Part shown: in pieces, positions 27,419 to 37,262 of the stretch
Layout: each line of letters begins with the position of its first letter
How positions within the stretch are numbered: the stretch's first letter is position 1
Assembly: GCA_965226165.1 (NCBI GenBank)
Contig: OZ245334.1
Span: forward strand, 629,947 to 693,946
DNA length: 64,000 nucleotides
Reading direction: 5' to 3'
Origin: Mycoplasmatales bacterium
GTDB lineage: Bacteria; Bacillota_I; Bacilli_A; CBDATW01
The notes under the pieces: model-generated
What the model was told of the DNA's origin: nothing
Seen by the model: the letters and a program-made list of their open reading frames with translations, nothing else
The model's database searches: none
Position numbers and translations under genes: made by a program

Positions 27419-28684
27419 ATGATAGATATTAAACTTTTAAAAAGTAATTTTAAAGAAATTAAAGCAAAATTAGAATCTAGAAATGATGATTTTACATTTT
27501 TAGATGATCTTTTAAAGCATGAAAACAGACGAGTAGAAATTATTCAAATCGTGGAAGATAAAAAAGCTTTGCGCAATCAGCAATCAAAACAAATTGCAGT
27601 TCTTAAAAAAAAGAACCAACCAGTTGATCAAGTTTTAAAAAAACTAGAAACCTTAAAAAAAGAAATTATAAAACTTGATCAACAACTTTTAGAGTGCCGT
27701 AATAAGATTAAAGAATATCTTTTGCAAATTCCTAATGTTCCACGTGGAACATGTCCTATTGGTAAAGATGAAAATGATAATGTTGAATTAAGAAAATGAG
27801 GTCAAATGCCTTCTTTTAGCAAATATAAAGCTTTGGATCATCAAACTTTAGGAGAAAAGTTAAACATTTTAGATTTTGTTAGTGCTGCTAAAGTTTCAGG
27901 CTCTAGGTTTGCTATTTATAAAAATGATGGTGCCAAGTTGCACCGAGCCTTAACCCAATTTTTATTAGACTTTCAAACCCAAAAAAATCAGTTTATAGAA
28001 ATTATTACACCTTATATTGTTAATCACAATTCAATGCAAAATACTGGACAATTACCAAAGTTTGCTAATGATCTTTTTAAAACTGATAATAATATGTTTT
28101 TAATTCCTACAGCCGAAGTTTCTTTAACAAATATTTTAAAAGATGAAATTATTAATGTTGATAAAACTATTAAATATTGTTCATTTAGTCCATGTTTTCG
28201 CTTAGAGGCTGGTTCGGCCGGAAAAGATGTAAGGGGTTTAATTAGACAACACCAGTTTCACAAAGTAGAAATGGTGATGTTTTCTCATCCTGATAAATCA
28301 TTACAAGACTTAGAAATTATGACTAATTATGCCGAAGATATTTTAAAAGCTTTAAAGTTACCATATCGTGTAATTGAGCTTTGTACTGGTGATTTAGGTT
28401 TTTCTTCATCTAAAACTTATGATATTGAAGTGTGGTTACCATCATATAATGCTTATAAAGAAATATCTTCATGTTCTAATATGTCTGATTTTCAAGCTAG
28501 AAGGGCTAATATTAGATATCGTAATAAAGAAAAAACTTTAAGTTTTGCTCACACCCTTAATGGTTCGGGTTTACCCATTGGTCGAACAATTGCTGCAATT
28601 TTAGAAAACAACCAACAAGAAGATGGATCAATTAAGGTTCCAGAAGTCTTAATATCTTATTTTGGTAAAAAATATATTAAATAA
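27419..28684 (+). CDS. serS: seryl-tRNA synthetase
   Basis: Track ORFs 27419.. and 27806.. are in frame and joined by one TGA (1266 nt). It has the coiled-coil N-terminus and a class II core. Confidence 0.9.
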
Positions 28685-28692
28685 CATCTAGC

Positions 28693-28712
28693 AATGTTCC
28701 ACGTGGAACATT
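28693..28712 (+). terminator. perfect 20-bp palindrome after the serS stop (possible hairpin terminator)
   Basis: The sequence is aatgttccac/gtggaacatt followed by tt. A 19-nt copy also occurs inside serS at 27734..27752. Confidence 0.35.
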
Positions 28713-28748
28713 TTAAAGATATAAAATATTGTATGATATAATACTAAT

Positions 28749-28820
28749 GTCACAATAGTAACCTAAGAACCTGGTCAGATTAGAAATAAAGCAGCCATAA
28801 TTAGAAGTGCTATGTGTGAC
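28749..28820 (+). ncRNA. ffs: signal recognition particle RNA (small 4.5S/scRNA type)
   Basis: The domain IV motif CCTGGTCAG...AGCAGCCATAA is present. The ends pair (GTCACAATAG / CTATGTGTGAC) and a T-run follows. Its position upstream of tadA/dnaX resembles Bacillus scr. Confidence 0.7.
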
Positions 28821-28886
28821 TTTTTTATATATAATAATTTAATTAACAATAAATTCTATATATAAAAAATATAAAATGGTTTTAAG

Positions 28887-29291
28887 ATGAAAGAAAATAT
28901 TATTTTTAAAGAGCTTATTAAATTAGCTAAAAAAAGTTTAACTAAGGATGAAGTGCCAATTGGCGCTTTAATTGTTGATAATAATCAACAAATAGTGGCA
29001 AGAGGTTTTAATAATAAGGAAACTAACAATAATGTTTTAGATCATGCTGAAATTATTGCTATTAAAAAATTAGCCAAAAAAATTAAATCTTGAAAATTAA
29101 ATGATTATATTTTGTACACAACTTTAGAACCCTGTGATTTATGCAAAGAAGTTATCAAGGTTTCTCGAATTAAAAAAGTGATTTATTTTGCAAAACAAAA
29201 CAAAAAAATTAACTATAAAACTAAGTGGGAATTTAACAAGAAGAACGAGGCCTCATCATTAATAACAAAATACTTTAAAACAAAAAAATAA
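28887..29291 (+). CDS. tadA: tRNA-specific adenosine deaminase
   Basis: HAEIIAIKK is followed, after one TGA, by TLEPCDLC (zinc-binding deaminase motifs). Confidence 0.85.
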
Positions 29292-29370
29292 CACTTATAG
29301 TGTGAATTGATTGAAATATATATATATATGATATAGTTTTAAAAAGATTTTAGAAAGTAGCACTAGAAAT

Positions 29371-29580
29371 ATGGATTTTAAAAAAAATAGTTCAATAGCC
29401 AAATATTCGTTTTGATTTTGTATAGCAATTCAAGTTATTCTTGGAATTATTTATTATGTAGACAAAAAATTAACGCAAAATTTGCTTCATGATGTCATAA
29501 ATTGAGGATCAGTAATAGGAATTTCTTTTTCTGCATATTTGTGATGGTCTTATGCTAAAAAAGCAAAACAAAAACAATAA
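29371..29580 (+). CDS. hypothetical small membrane protein (69 aa)
   Basis: Translation: MDFKKNSSIAKYSFWFCIAIQVILGIIYYV...VINWGSVIGISFSAYLWWSY... Four TGA=W codons. Confidence 0.3.
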
Positions 29581-29623
29581 AAAAATTTATAATATATAAT
29601 TATAGTGTAGTTGGAGGTCTAAA

Positions 29624-29665
29624 ATGGCAAAAAATTGTTGCTTAGATGGAGCTTGCAATTGCTAA
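29624..29665 (+). CDS. micro-ORF encoding a 13-aa Cys-rich peptide MAKNCCLDGACNC
   Basis: GGAGG lies 7 nt upstream of the ATG and a TATAAT lies further upstream. A hairpin plus T8 terminator follows. Confidence 0.3.
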   Translation: MAKNCCLDGACNC

Positions 29666-29693
29666 TTGCAATTAAATTATATAATTAATAATT

Positions 29694-29730
29694 ACCACAT
29701 ATTCTTAATCGGATTTGTGGTATTTTTTTT
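29694..29730 (+). terminator. rho-independent terminator-like hairpin
   Basis: ACCACA...TGTGGT stem followed by a T8 run. Confidence 0.5.
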
Positions 29731-29847
29731 AAATAATGAGTTTCATTCAATTTATTTCACTTTTTTATCTAATAAATTATTTTAGTGTTTAAAAAAATAA
29801 GGATTTGTTTATAATTATATATAATAAGGAAATTATTAAAGATAATT

Positions 29848-31818
29848 ATGGAACAAATACATAAATCACTTTATCGAGTTTATCGTCCCAAGGTTTTTGA
29901 TGAAGTTTTAGGCCAAAAATTAATAGCAACAGCATTAAAAAATGCTATTAATGAAAACAAAATAGCTCATGCTTATTTATTTGCTGGAAGTTCAGGTGTA
30001 GGAAAAACATCGCTTGCTAAAATATTTGCTAAGGCAGTTAATTGCATTAAGGAAAATAAACCTTGTTTAGAATGTGATATTTGTCAATTAATTCATAATA
30101 ACAAAACTACTGATGTTATTGAAATGGATGCTGCTTCAAATAATGGAATTGATGAAATTAAAAATTTGATAGAAAACGTTAAATACCCACCACTTGAGTG
30201 TGAATATAAAGTTTATATTATTGATGAAGTTCATATGCTTTCCAGTTCAGCTTTTAATGCTTTATTAAAAACTCTTGAAGAACCACCTGCTAAAACCATT
30301 TTTATTTTAGCAACAACCGAAGAACACAAGGTGCCAGAAACAATTTTAACAAGATGTCAAAAATTTTACTTTTTAAAAGTAGCTGATCAAGAAATTGTTA
30401 AACTTTTAGAAGACATTGCTAAACAAGAAAACAAAGAATATGATAAGCAAGCTTTAGAATTAATTGCTGAAATGGCCAACGGGGGAGTGAGGTTAGCAAT
30501 TTCTATTTTTGAAAAATGTATTAGTCTTCCTGAAAAGTTAACTATTAATGTTGTGAATAAAACTTATGGTTTATTATCTAAAGAAGAAGTAAAAGAACTT
30601 TGTGAAGCAATTTATAAGAAAGATCAACAAGCAATTTTTGTTATGTTTGATAAAATTAACAATCTTTCTTCTAATTATTTGAGAATCACAGAAGAAATTT
30701 TATCATTTTTAAAAGAAGTTTTAATTTCAAGCATTAATCAGGACTATAATTTTAAATTTATTAATAAAAATGATGATATTTTACTAGATGAAAAATTTAT
30801 TTATGATTTTATTAATTTAATTAAAAATAGTATGCAAGAAATGAGGTTTGCTAATAGCCCTAAATTGTTATTTGAAATCTTAATTTTAGAAGCTTTAAAA
30901 TTTAATGAAGAAATGAAACCAAGCAAGGTAAAAAAAATTGGTAAAAACCAAGAAGAAAAAACATCTATAGTTGAAAAAAATTTAGAAGTTAATAAAACAA
31001 AAGAAAAACCCCAAAAAATTGAAAAAATCCCAACCCAAACGGGTTCTTTATTTGCTAGTGATAACAATGTTGATGAAGTAAGCGAAGTCAAAAAAGATGA
31101 AAAACAAGCAAAGGAAATAAAGGAAAGCAAAGATGAGAAGATACAAGAAAAGATCACCACTAAAGACATACCTGAAAATGAGCAACCCAAGGAAGAACAA
31201 GACAAGCATATTGAAGATGATATTCTCTCTGAAATCAAATCAGAAAAAGAAGCCTTAATTGAAGATATCAATAAACAACCAATTGAAGAAGAACCCCAAG
31301 AACAAAGTAAAGAAAAAAAAGAAGAAATAGCAAGTGAACATATTAAGCTTGAAAATGAAATTATTAATGTTTTATTAAAAGCTGAACGAAAATATAAAGA
31401 GTTTTTTAAAACAAAATGAGAAAATTTAGATAAGTATTTAGATATTCCAGAAAATGCTAGATGAATTAATATGATTCATAATTCTAAAATAGCTGCTGCC
31501 ACAGATAATGTAATTATTTTATTATTTGAATATGAACCAAGTGCCAATATTTTAAATGATGAAAATAAAAATCAAAAATTTTTAAATTTAATGTATCAAA
31601 TTTTTGAAAAAGATGTTTTGTTTTTAGGAATATGAGTTGAATTATGAGAAAAAATTAAAAGTGATTTTGTTTATAAGAAAAATAATAATAAATTACCAAA
31701 ATATGTGGAAATTTTTGTTCCTAAAACCAAGCTTAAGGTTAATAAAAAAGATATGGATCAAGATTTAAAAAACATTAATGATCTTTTTGGTGAAGATGTT
31801 GTTAAAGAGGTTGAATAA
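29848..31818 (+). CDS. dnaX: DNA polymerase III subunit gamma/tau
   Basis: Contains HAYLFAGSSGVGKTS and a Zn module (CLECDIC). A K/E-rich linker follows. The C-terminal domain continues through several TGA codons to 31818. Confidence 0.9.
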
Positions 31819-31820
31819 TC

Positions 31821-32393
31821 ATGGAAAAACAAATTTTAGAATTAATTAATGGTTTTAGTAAACTTCCTGGTGTAGGACAAAAATTAGCTGAAAAAATAGT
31901 TTGTTATAGTAATAAAGAAATGATTAACAATTTAAAAAAAATGTTGGAAGTTTTTGACAAAATGCAAAATTGTCAAAAATGCAATGGTTTTACACAGAAT
32001 AAAGTTTGTGATGTTTGTTTAGACAAAAATAGAAATAACTACCAAATATGTGTGGTTTCTTCAATTGTTGATTTTTTTCAACTTGAAGAAAAAAACTTTT
32101 TTAAAGGAAAATATTATATTTTAAATCAAGAAATTAATCCCAAAAAAGGAATTGCTCCCCAGGATTTAAATTTAGATAAACTTAAAAAACAAGTTAATGA
32201 AAAAACTGAGCTAATGATTGCCACAAATTTTACTATTGAAGGGGAATTAACTGCTAAATACATTGTTAGTTATTTTAAAGATAAGGTCAAAAAGATTTTT
32301 CGCCCTTCCACTGGAATTCCGGTTGGTTCAAAAATTTCTTATGTTGATAATGAAACATTAAAAGCATCATTTAATAATAAAAAAGAGGTTTAG
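31821..32393 (+). CDS. recR: recombination protein RecR
   Basis: 190-aa ORF with LPGVGQKLAEK (HhH), a C4 zinc finger (CQKCNG...CDVC) and a Toprim part. Confidence 0.9.
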   Translation: MEKQILELINGFSKLPGVGQKLAEKIVCYSNKEMINNLKKMLEVFDKMQNCQKCNGFTQNKVCDVCLDKNRNNYQICVVSSIVDFFQLEEKNFFKGKYYILNQEINPKKGIAPQDLNLDKLKKQVNEKTELMIATNFTIEGELTAKYIVSYFKDKVKKIFRPSTGIPVGSKISYVDNETLKASFNNKKEV

Positions 32394-32395
32394 TT

Positions 32396-33034
32396 ATGTT
32401 TAAAAAGAAAAAAGGAATATTTATCACAATTGAAGGCACTGATGGTGCTGGCAAAACTACTTGCTTAAGCAAGGTTTATGATTTTTTAAAACAAAAAAAT
32501 ATTCAAGTAGAACAAACTAGGGAGCCAGGAGGAACTAAATTTGCTGAAGGAGTGAGAGATTTATTGTTAAATGAAGAAATTGATGCTGTCACAGAAGCGC
32601 TGGCTTTTGCAGCAGCAAGAAGAGATCATATTAAAAAATTTATTGAGCCTAACCTAAAAGCAAATAAAATAGTTTTATGTGATCGTTTTGTTGATTCTTC
32701 TTTTATTTACCAAACTTTTTCTAAAAAATTAAAAATTAATGATGTTATTACCATTAACCGCTTTGCTATTGAAAAACTATTCCCCGATTTAACCATTATT
32801 TTATTAGTAGAACCTAAAATTGCTTTACAAAGAAATGCTGATGATTTTAACAAAGAACTTAATCGCTTAGATAAAAGAGATGAATCTTTTTATCAAGCGA
32901 TTAATAATAGTTTTAAACAACTTGGTAAGGTGTTTAAAAAAAGAATAGTTTATATTGATGCTGATAATTTAACCATCAAAGAAATTACTAACCAAATCCT
33001 TGAAAAGATTAATCAACGTTTTAAGTTGTGGTAA
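32396..33034 (+). CDS. tmk: thymidylate kinase
   Basis: Contains FITIEGTDGAGKTT and DRFVDSS motifs. Confidence 0.9.
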   Translation: MFKKKKGIFITIEGTDGAGKTTCLSKVYDFLKQKNIQVEQTREPGGTKFAEGVRDLLLNEEIDAVTEALAFAAARRDHIKKFIEPNLKANKIVLCDRFVDSSFIYQTFSKKLKINDVITINRFAIEKLFPDLTIILLVEPKIALQRNADDFNKELNRLDKRDESFYQAINNSFKQLGKVFKKRIVYIDADNLTIKEITNQILEKINQRFKLW

Positions 33035-33063
33035 AATAAAAGAAAGAAAAAGAGGTGTTTAAG

Positions 33064-33489
33064 ATGTTTTTTAATTATTTTTATAACCATCATCATTGGG
33101 GTTGATCTTTTTTACCTTGACCATTTTTTGTTTTTATTATTTTATTTAAAATTGTTTTAATAGTAACAGTTATATCAATTATTATTATAGTTGTTAAAAA
33201 CTATAATATTAAAAATGCTAAAAATATGCAGTTATTAGAAGAGGAAATAAAAGAGGTTAAAGTGAAAACTAAAACTAAAAAAGAATATGAGATTCAAGTT
33301 CAAATTATAAGGCTTGTTAACAAAAGAAATAAAAAGATTATTTGGGGAGCAGTTAATGTTATTATCTTTTGATGACTATTATTTATTCCTTTAGTTATAG
33401 GAATTATGCAATTAAGTGAAATTCCTGATATTAATTCAGAAATTGAAATCTTAAAATTAAAAGCTGCTACATATAATAAGGAAAAATAA
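33064..33489 (+). CDS. hypothetical membrane protein (141 aa)
   Basis: Starts MFFNYFYNHHHWGWSFLPWPFFVFIILFKIVLIV.... Hand-translated through TGA codons. Confidence 0.4.
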
Positions 33490-33499
33490 ATAAATCATA

Positions 33500-34192
33500 A
33501 TGACAAAATTAATTCATGCTTATATTATTGAAAACCAAACAATAGCTAAATTAAAAGTTTTAACAAAAAACTTTGTTAAAACACTAATTTGTGATGATTT
33601 AAGTGATAAATGCTTAAAATGTTTAGCAATTGAAAATGAGCAAAATAGTAATGTTTTATATTTTGATGGTTTTAGTGAAAAAATTAAAAACCAAGATATT
33701 AAACTTGCTAAGGAATTTACTAGTTATAAAAATGATAGTCAAGAAATTAAAATAGTGGTTTTACATGGGTTTGAATATGCCACCAAAAAAGCAGCAAATA
33801 GCTTTTTAAAATATTTAGAAGACCCTTATGAACAAACCATTTTTATTATCACTACTGCTAATAAAAATTTGGTGCTACCCACTATTGTTTCTCGTTGTGT
33901 TGATGTTACTAATAAAAAAGAAGATATTAAAGTAGAAACTAAATACCAAGAAGAAATTAATCTTATTAAAGCAAAACAATATTGAGACATTAATTGAGCC
34001 AGTTTTAATAAAAATAATATTTTAGATTTTTTAATAACTTTATCTAATAATATTGATGTTAAAACTAATCCTTTATTTGTTAAAGGGATATTACAAATTA
34101 TTGATCAAGTTAAATCAAATGTTACTTATGATTTAGTATTAGCACAAATTTTAAAATTATGTGAAGAGATTAGTGATGGAAAAAGTAATTAA
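33500..34192 (+). CDS. holB: DNA polymerase III delta' subunit
   Basis: Starts MTKLIHAYIIEN.. and contains ANSFLKYLEDP and TIVSRC motifs. It extends through two TGA codons. Its position after tmk matches M. genitalium-type order. Confidence 0.75.
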
Positions 34193-34874
34193 TCATAACA
34201 ACTTCCCTAATTTATATCTTCTAGCGACTCCAATTGGAAATTTAAAAGATGTTTCAATTCGGTTAATTGAAACATTAGAATTAATTACTATTTTGCTTTG
34301 TGAAGATACAAGAAAAACAGGCCTATTATTACAAAAGTTAAATATTAAAAATAAACCTAAACTAATTAGATATGATGTTACTAATGAAAATAAAATAACT
34401 AGTAAAATAATTAACCTCTTTAAAGAACATCAAAACATAGGTTTATGTAGTAATGCAGGCACACCATTAATTTGTGATCCTGGCTTTCCTTTGGTAAGAG
34501 ACATTCAAAAATTAGATATTAATGTTGTTTCTATTCCTGGTCCAAATGCTTATTTAAATGCTTTAGTTGTTAGTGGTTTTCCAACTAATCATGTGTTTTT
34601 AGGTTTTATTAAAAATAAAGAATCACAGATTATTAAACAATTAAATGAGGCAAAGCAATATAAATTATCAATTGTTTTTTATGTCTCATGTTATAAGTTA
34701 TTAAAAACTTTAAAAATAGCTAATGATATTTTTAAAGATAAAGAAATTTTTATTGCTAAAGAATTAACCAAATTATATGAAACCCATTATCAAGGTGAAA
34801 TTAATGATGTTATAAAAAAATTACCACAAACTCTAAAAGGAGAATATGTGGTAATCATTAATAATGCAGGTTAG
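34176..34874 (+). CDS. rsmI: 16S rRNA 2'-O-ribose C1402 methyltransferase
   Basis: Contains LYLLATPIGNLKDVSIR..LCEDTR (tetrapyrrole-methylase fold). An alternative GTG start lies at 34161. Confidence 0.85.
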   Translation: MEKVINHNNFPNLYLLATPIGNLKDVSIRLIETLELITILLCEDTRKTGLLLQKLNIKNKPKLIRYDVTNENKITSKIINLFKEHQNIGLCSNAGTPLICDPGFPLVRDIQKLDINVVSIPGPNAYLNALVVSGFPTNHVFLGFIKNKESQIIKQLNEAKQYKLSIVFYVSCYKLLKTLKIANDIFKDKEIFIAKELTKLYETHYQGEINDVIKKLPQTLKGEYVVIINNAG

Positions 34875-34930
34875 TTATTGTTGTCTTTAAAAAGTGTATA
34901 ATAAAATTATGAAAGTCATAGGTAAAAATT

Positions 34931-35131
34931 ATGAAGAGAATTGCAAAAACAAAAACATATGAATTGAAAAGAATAAGTGATATAGACATTATTATTGAAA
35001 AACAAAAACCAAATAACTTTAAAGTCAAAAGTTTAGGAATAAATAAAAGGCAAAGTGCCTTTCGAGAAGTGGGGAAAGACAGATTTATATTGGATTATAT
35101 TCACATACTTGTGTGTATTTGATATGAATAA
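34931..35131 (+). CDS. hypothetical protein (66 aa)
   Basis: This is the track ORF plus WYE after one TGA. No motif recognised. It sits at the left edge of the defence island. Confidence 0.25.
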
Positions 35132-35149
35132 AAAATAGCAATAAAGACT

Positions 35150-35644
35150 TTAAAATAAATCAATAAAGGGATTTTCTATTTTCCTGTGTTTTAACAAATA
35201 TCGAAAGACCCGATTAGGGTTTATAGGTTTATTATAATACGTCTCAGGTAATTTAATTTTTTTTAATTTTTCATTTTTAAATAAATATGAATATGATTGA
35301 TTTTTGAAATTATAAATCTTTTCAATACAATCCAAATAACCATTTTTATTAAATGAAACATACCCATATTCAAATATTAGATCACACGATCCGCACAAAA
35401 TTAAAAAGTTATCCCAATCTCTCATTTCATATTTATTGCAAACACTATATTGCTTTATATGTGAAGCTCTTAAAAATTTTTTGTTAGAAAGACCACATAT
35501 CGCGCACTTCTTATGCAATTGTTTTAAATCATTAGCAGTTTTTGTGTGACCCTTTCTATAACTTGATAAATATTCTACTTTTTCTCCCAACTCTATTCTT
35601 CTTTTAGCTTCATTGCTTTCTTTATGAAACTTATATTTAATCAT
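35150..35644 (-). CDS. HNH (HNH_2-type) nuclease, third gene of the GHKL/Z1 operon
   Basis: Contains KCAICGLSNKKFLRASHIKQYS....WDNFLILCGSCDLIFEYGYVSF. Its start lies 21 nt after the Z1 stop. Confidence 0.7.
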   Translation of the reverse strand: MIKYKFHKESNEAKRRIELGEKVEYLSSYRKGHTKTANDLKQLHKKCAICGLSNKKFLRASHIKQYSVCNKYEMRDWDNFLILCGSCDLIFEYGYVSFNKNGYLDCIEKIYNFKNQSYSYLFKNEKLKKIKLPETYYNKPINPNRVFRYLLKHRKIENPFIDLF

Positions 35645-35665
35645 CTTTTCTTTGTCTCTAAAAGA

Positions 35666-37249
35666 TCATATTGTTTTATTTTGTATGATTTTTTGTTCCA
35701 CAAATTTTGCCTCATAATTTTTATTTTTATTTTTCAAACTATAATTATTTATTACATTTTCTATATTTGAAAATTCTTCTGTGTTTTTTGAAGAAACTTT
35801 ATCTATTAAATCATCTTTAATAATCCCAAACTTTTTATTTTTCAATAATTCTTCTGTTACTTTAATAATTTCATTTTCTTGCTTTTCTTTTTTTTTCAAA
35901 ATTTTGTCATTAAACAAATTTTTATATTTAGATTTATTCATATTGTAAAAATTAATAATTTCATCAATGTTGTTTCTTTCACAAACATTCTTTAATTCTT
36001 TATTTATTATTTTTATTTCTTTGTATTTCTTAATTAATTCTAATTCTAAATAAACATTTGGTTCTTCTTTTCTATAACCTAAAAATCTAGCATTTTGCAT
36101 TAATATATCATAATTAGTGTTTTTATTTTTTGAAATAATAATATCAGTTAATCCCTCAAATGTGTTTCCTCTAGAAAAGCAAAAACCTCCAATTAATATT
36201 TTCTTTTCGTTCTTTATAGTTTTAAAACTATTATGCTTGTCGTGCTTGTTTGAATTTATAATTAAAATATTGCTTTTTCTTAAATGCCATCATTTTGTTA
36301 ATTCTAATAACTGGTTTTTATTAATATTTAATGTTTCTTTATTTTTTTTTCTATTTGGAGTGTTATCATCTATGTATTTAACAAAAAAAAGCACTATCAA
36401 TTTTTTTATTTGCTTATGAAATTTTTGCTCAGTTTTTACATTTATCAAAAATTCATTGTCTTTTTTATTATCAAGTAGCCACTTAATCAAAACACTTATT
36501 ATTTTATTGCACTCTTTAATAGGCAATTGAATACCCAAATCTTCTATTTCTTTTTTAGAAAAAAATTCTTTTATTTGTATTTGGTTATAGTTGTCAAAAT
36601 TATGAAAACCCAAATATTTTTGGCCATATTCCAAAACACAAACCCCTTGTATATTTATATATTTTTGTGCATATTTAGAAAAAATATTTCAAAAAGGAGT
36701 TGCCGAAACACCAATATATTTTGAACCTTCATAATCAAACAAAGTGTTTAAGCCATAATCTATTAAATTATCTTTGCTTCAATAATCACATTCATCATCA
36801 AACACAACAATTTTTTTGTTTAATTCTTTAGCTTTTTTAACAATTCTTTTAAGGTCGTTTGTTTGTTTTTTTAAAAATATAATTTGTTTGTATTTCCTTC
36901 TATTAATAAAAATATCAATTTCCTCATTAATATAGCAATAGATATTATAATCATTATTATTGTAAGCTTTTTTAAATCTTGAAAATGTTTGATCATTCAG
37001 GGAATTTCTATCGCCTGTTAAAACAATTATTCATGAATAATTTTGTTCAAAAAATCAACCAGATAAATAAATCATATTGTTTGTTTTACCAGACTGGACA
37101 TCACCATATAAAACAATTCTGTTATTTTTATTAATTTCTTTTATAATTTTATTCAAATTTTTATCAAGAATTTTTTCAAAGTTTTCTTTTTGAATAGGAT
37201 CTTCAATTTTCTTTGATAGATTAAGCTTTAAGCTATTTAATATTTTCAT
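35666..37249 (-). CDS. Z1-domain P-loop/helicase-like protein (527 aa)
   Basis: Three track ORFs share one frame (1584 nt). Motifs: GDVQSGKTNN (Walker A), VFDDECDYW, GVSATPF, GGFCFSRGNTFEGLT and ARFLGYR (Z1 signature). Confidence 0.8.
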
Positions 37250-37262
37250 TTATTCAATTTTT

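Noticed and set aside
29316-29329. (AT)7 microsatellite upstream of the small ORF at 29371, considered as another promoter switch.
   Set aside because: I could not place convincing -35 and -10 hexamers around it, and the downstream ORF is itself a weak call.
30900-31330. K/E-rich low-complexity stretch in dnaX (and a similar ftsH tail at 56440..56572), considered as a separate feature or inserted element.
   Set aside because: It is in frame and flanked by the normal DnaX domains. Such charged linkers are common in AT-rich Mollicutes proteins.
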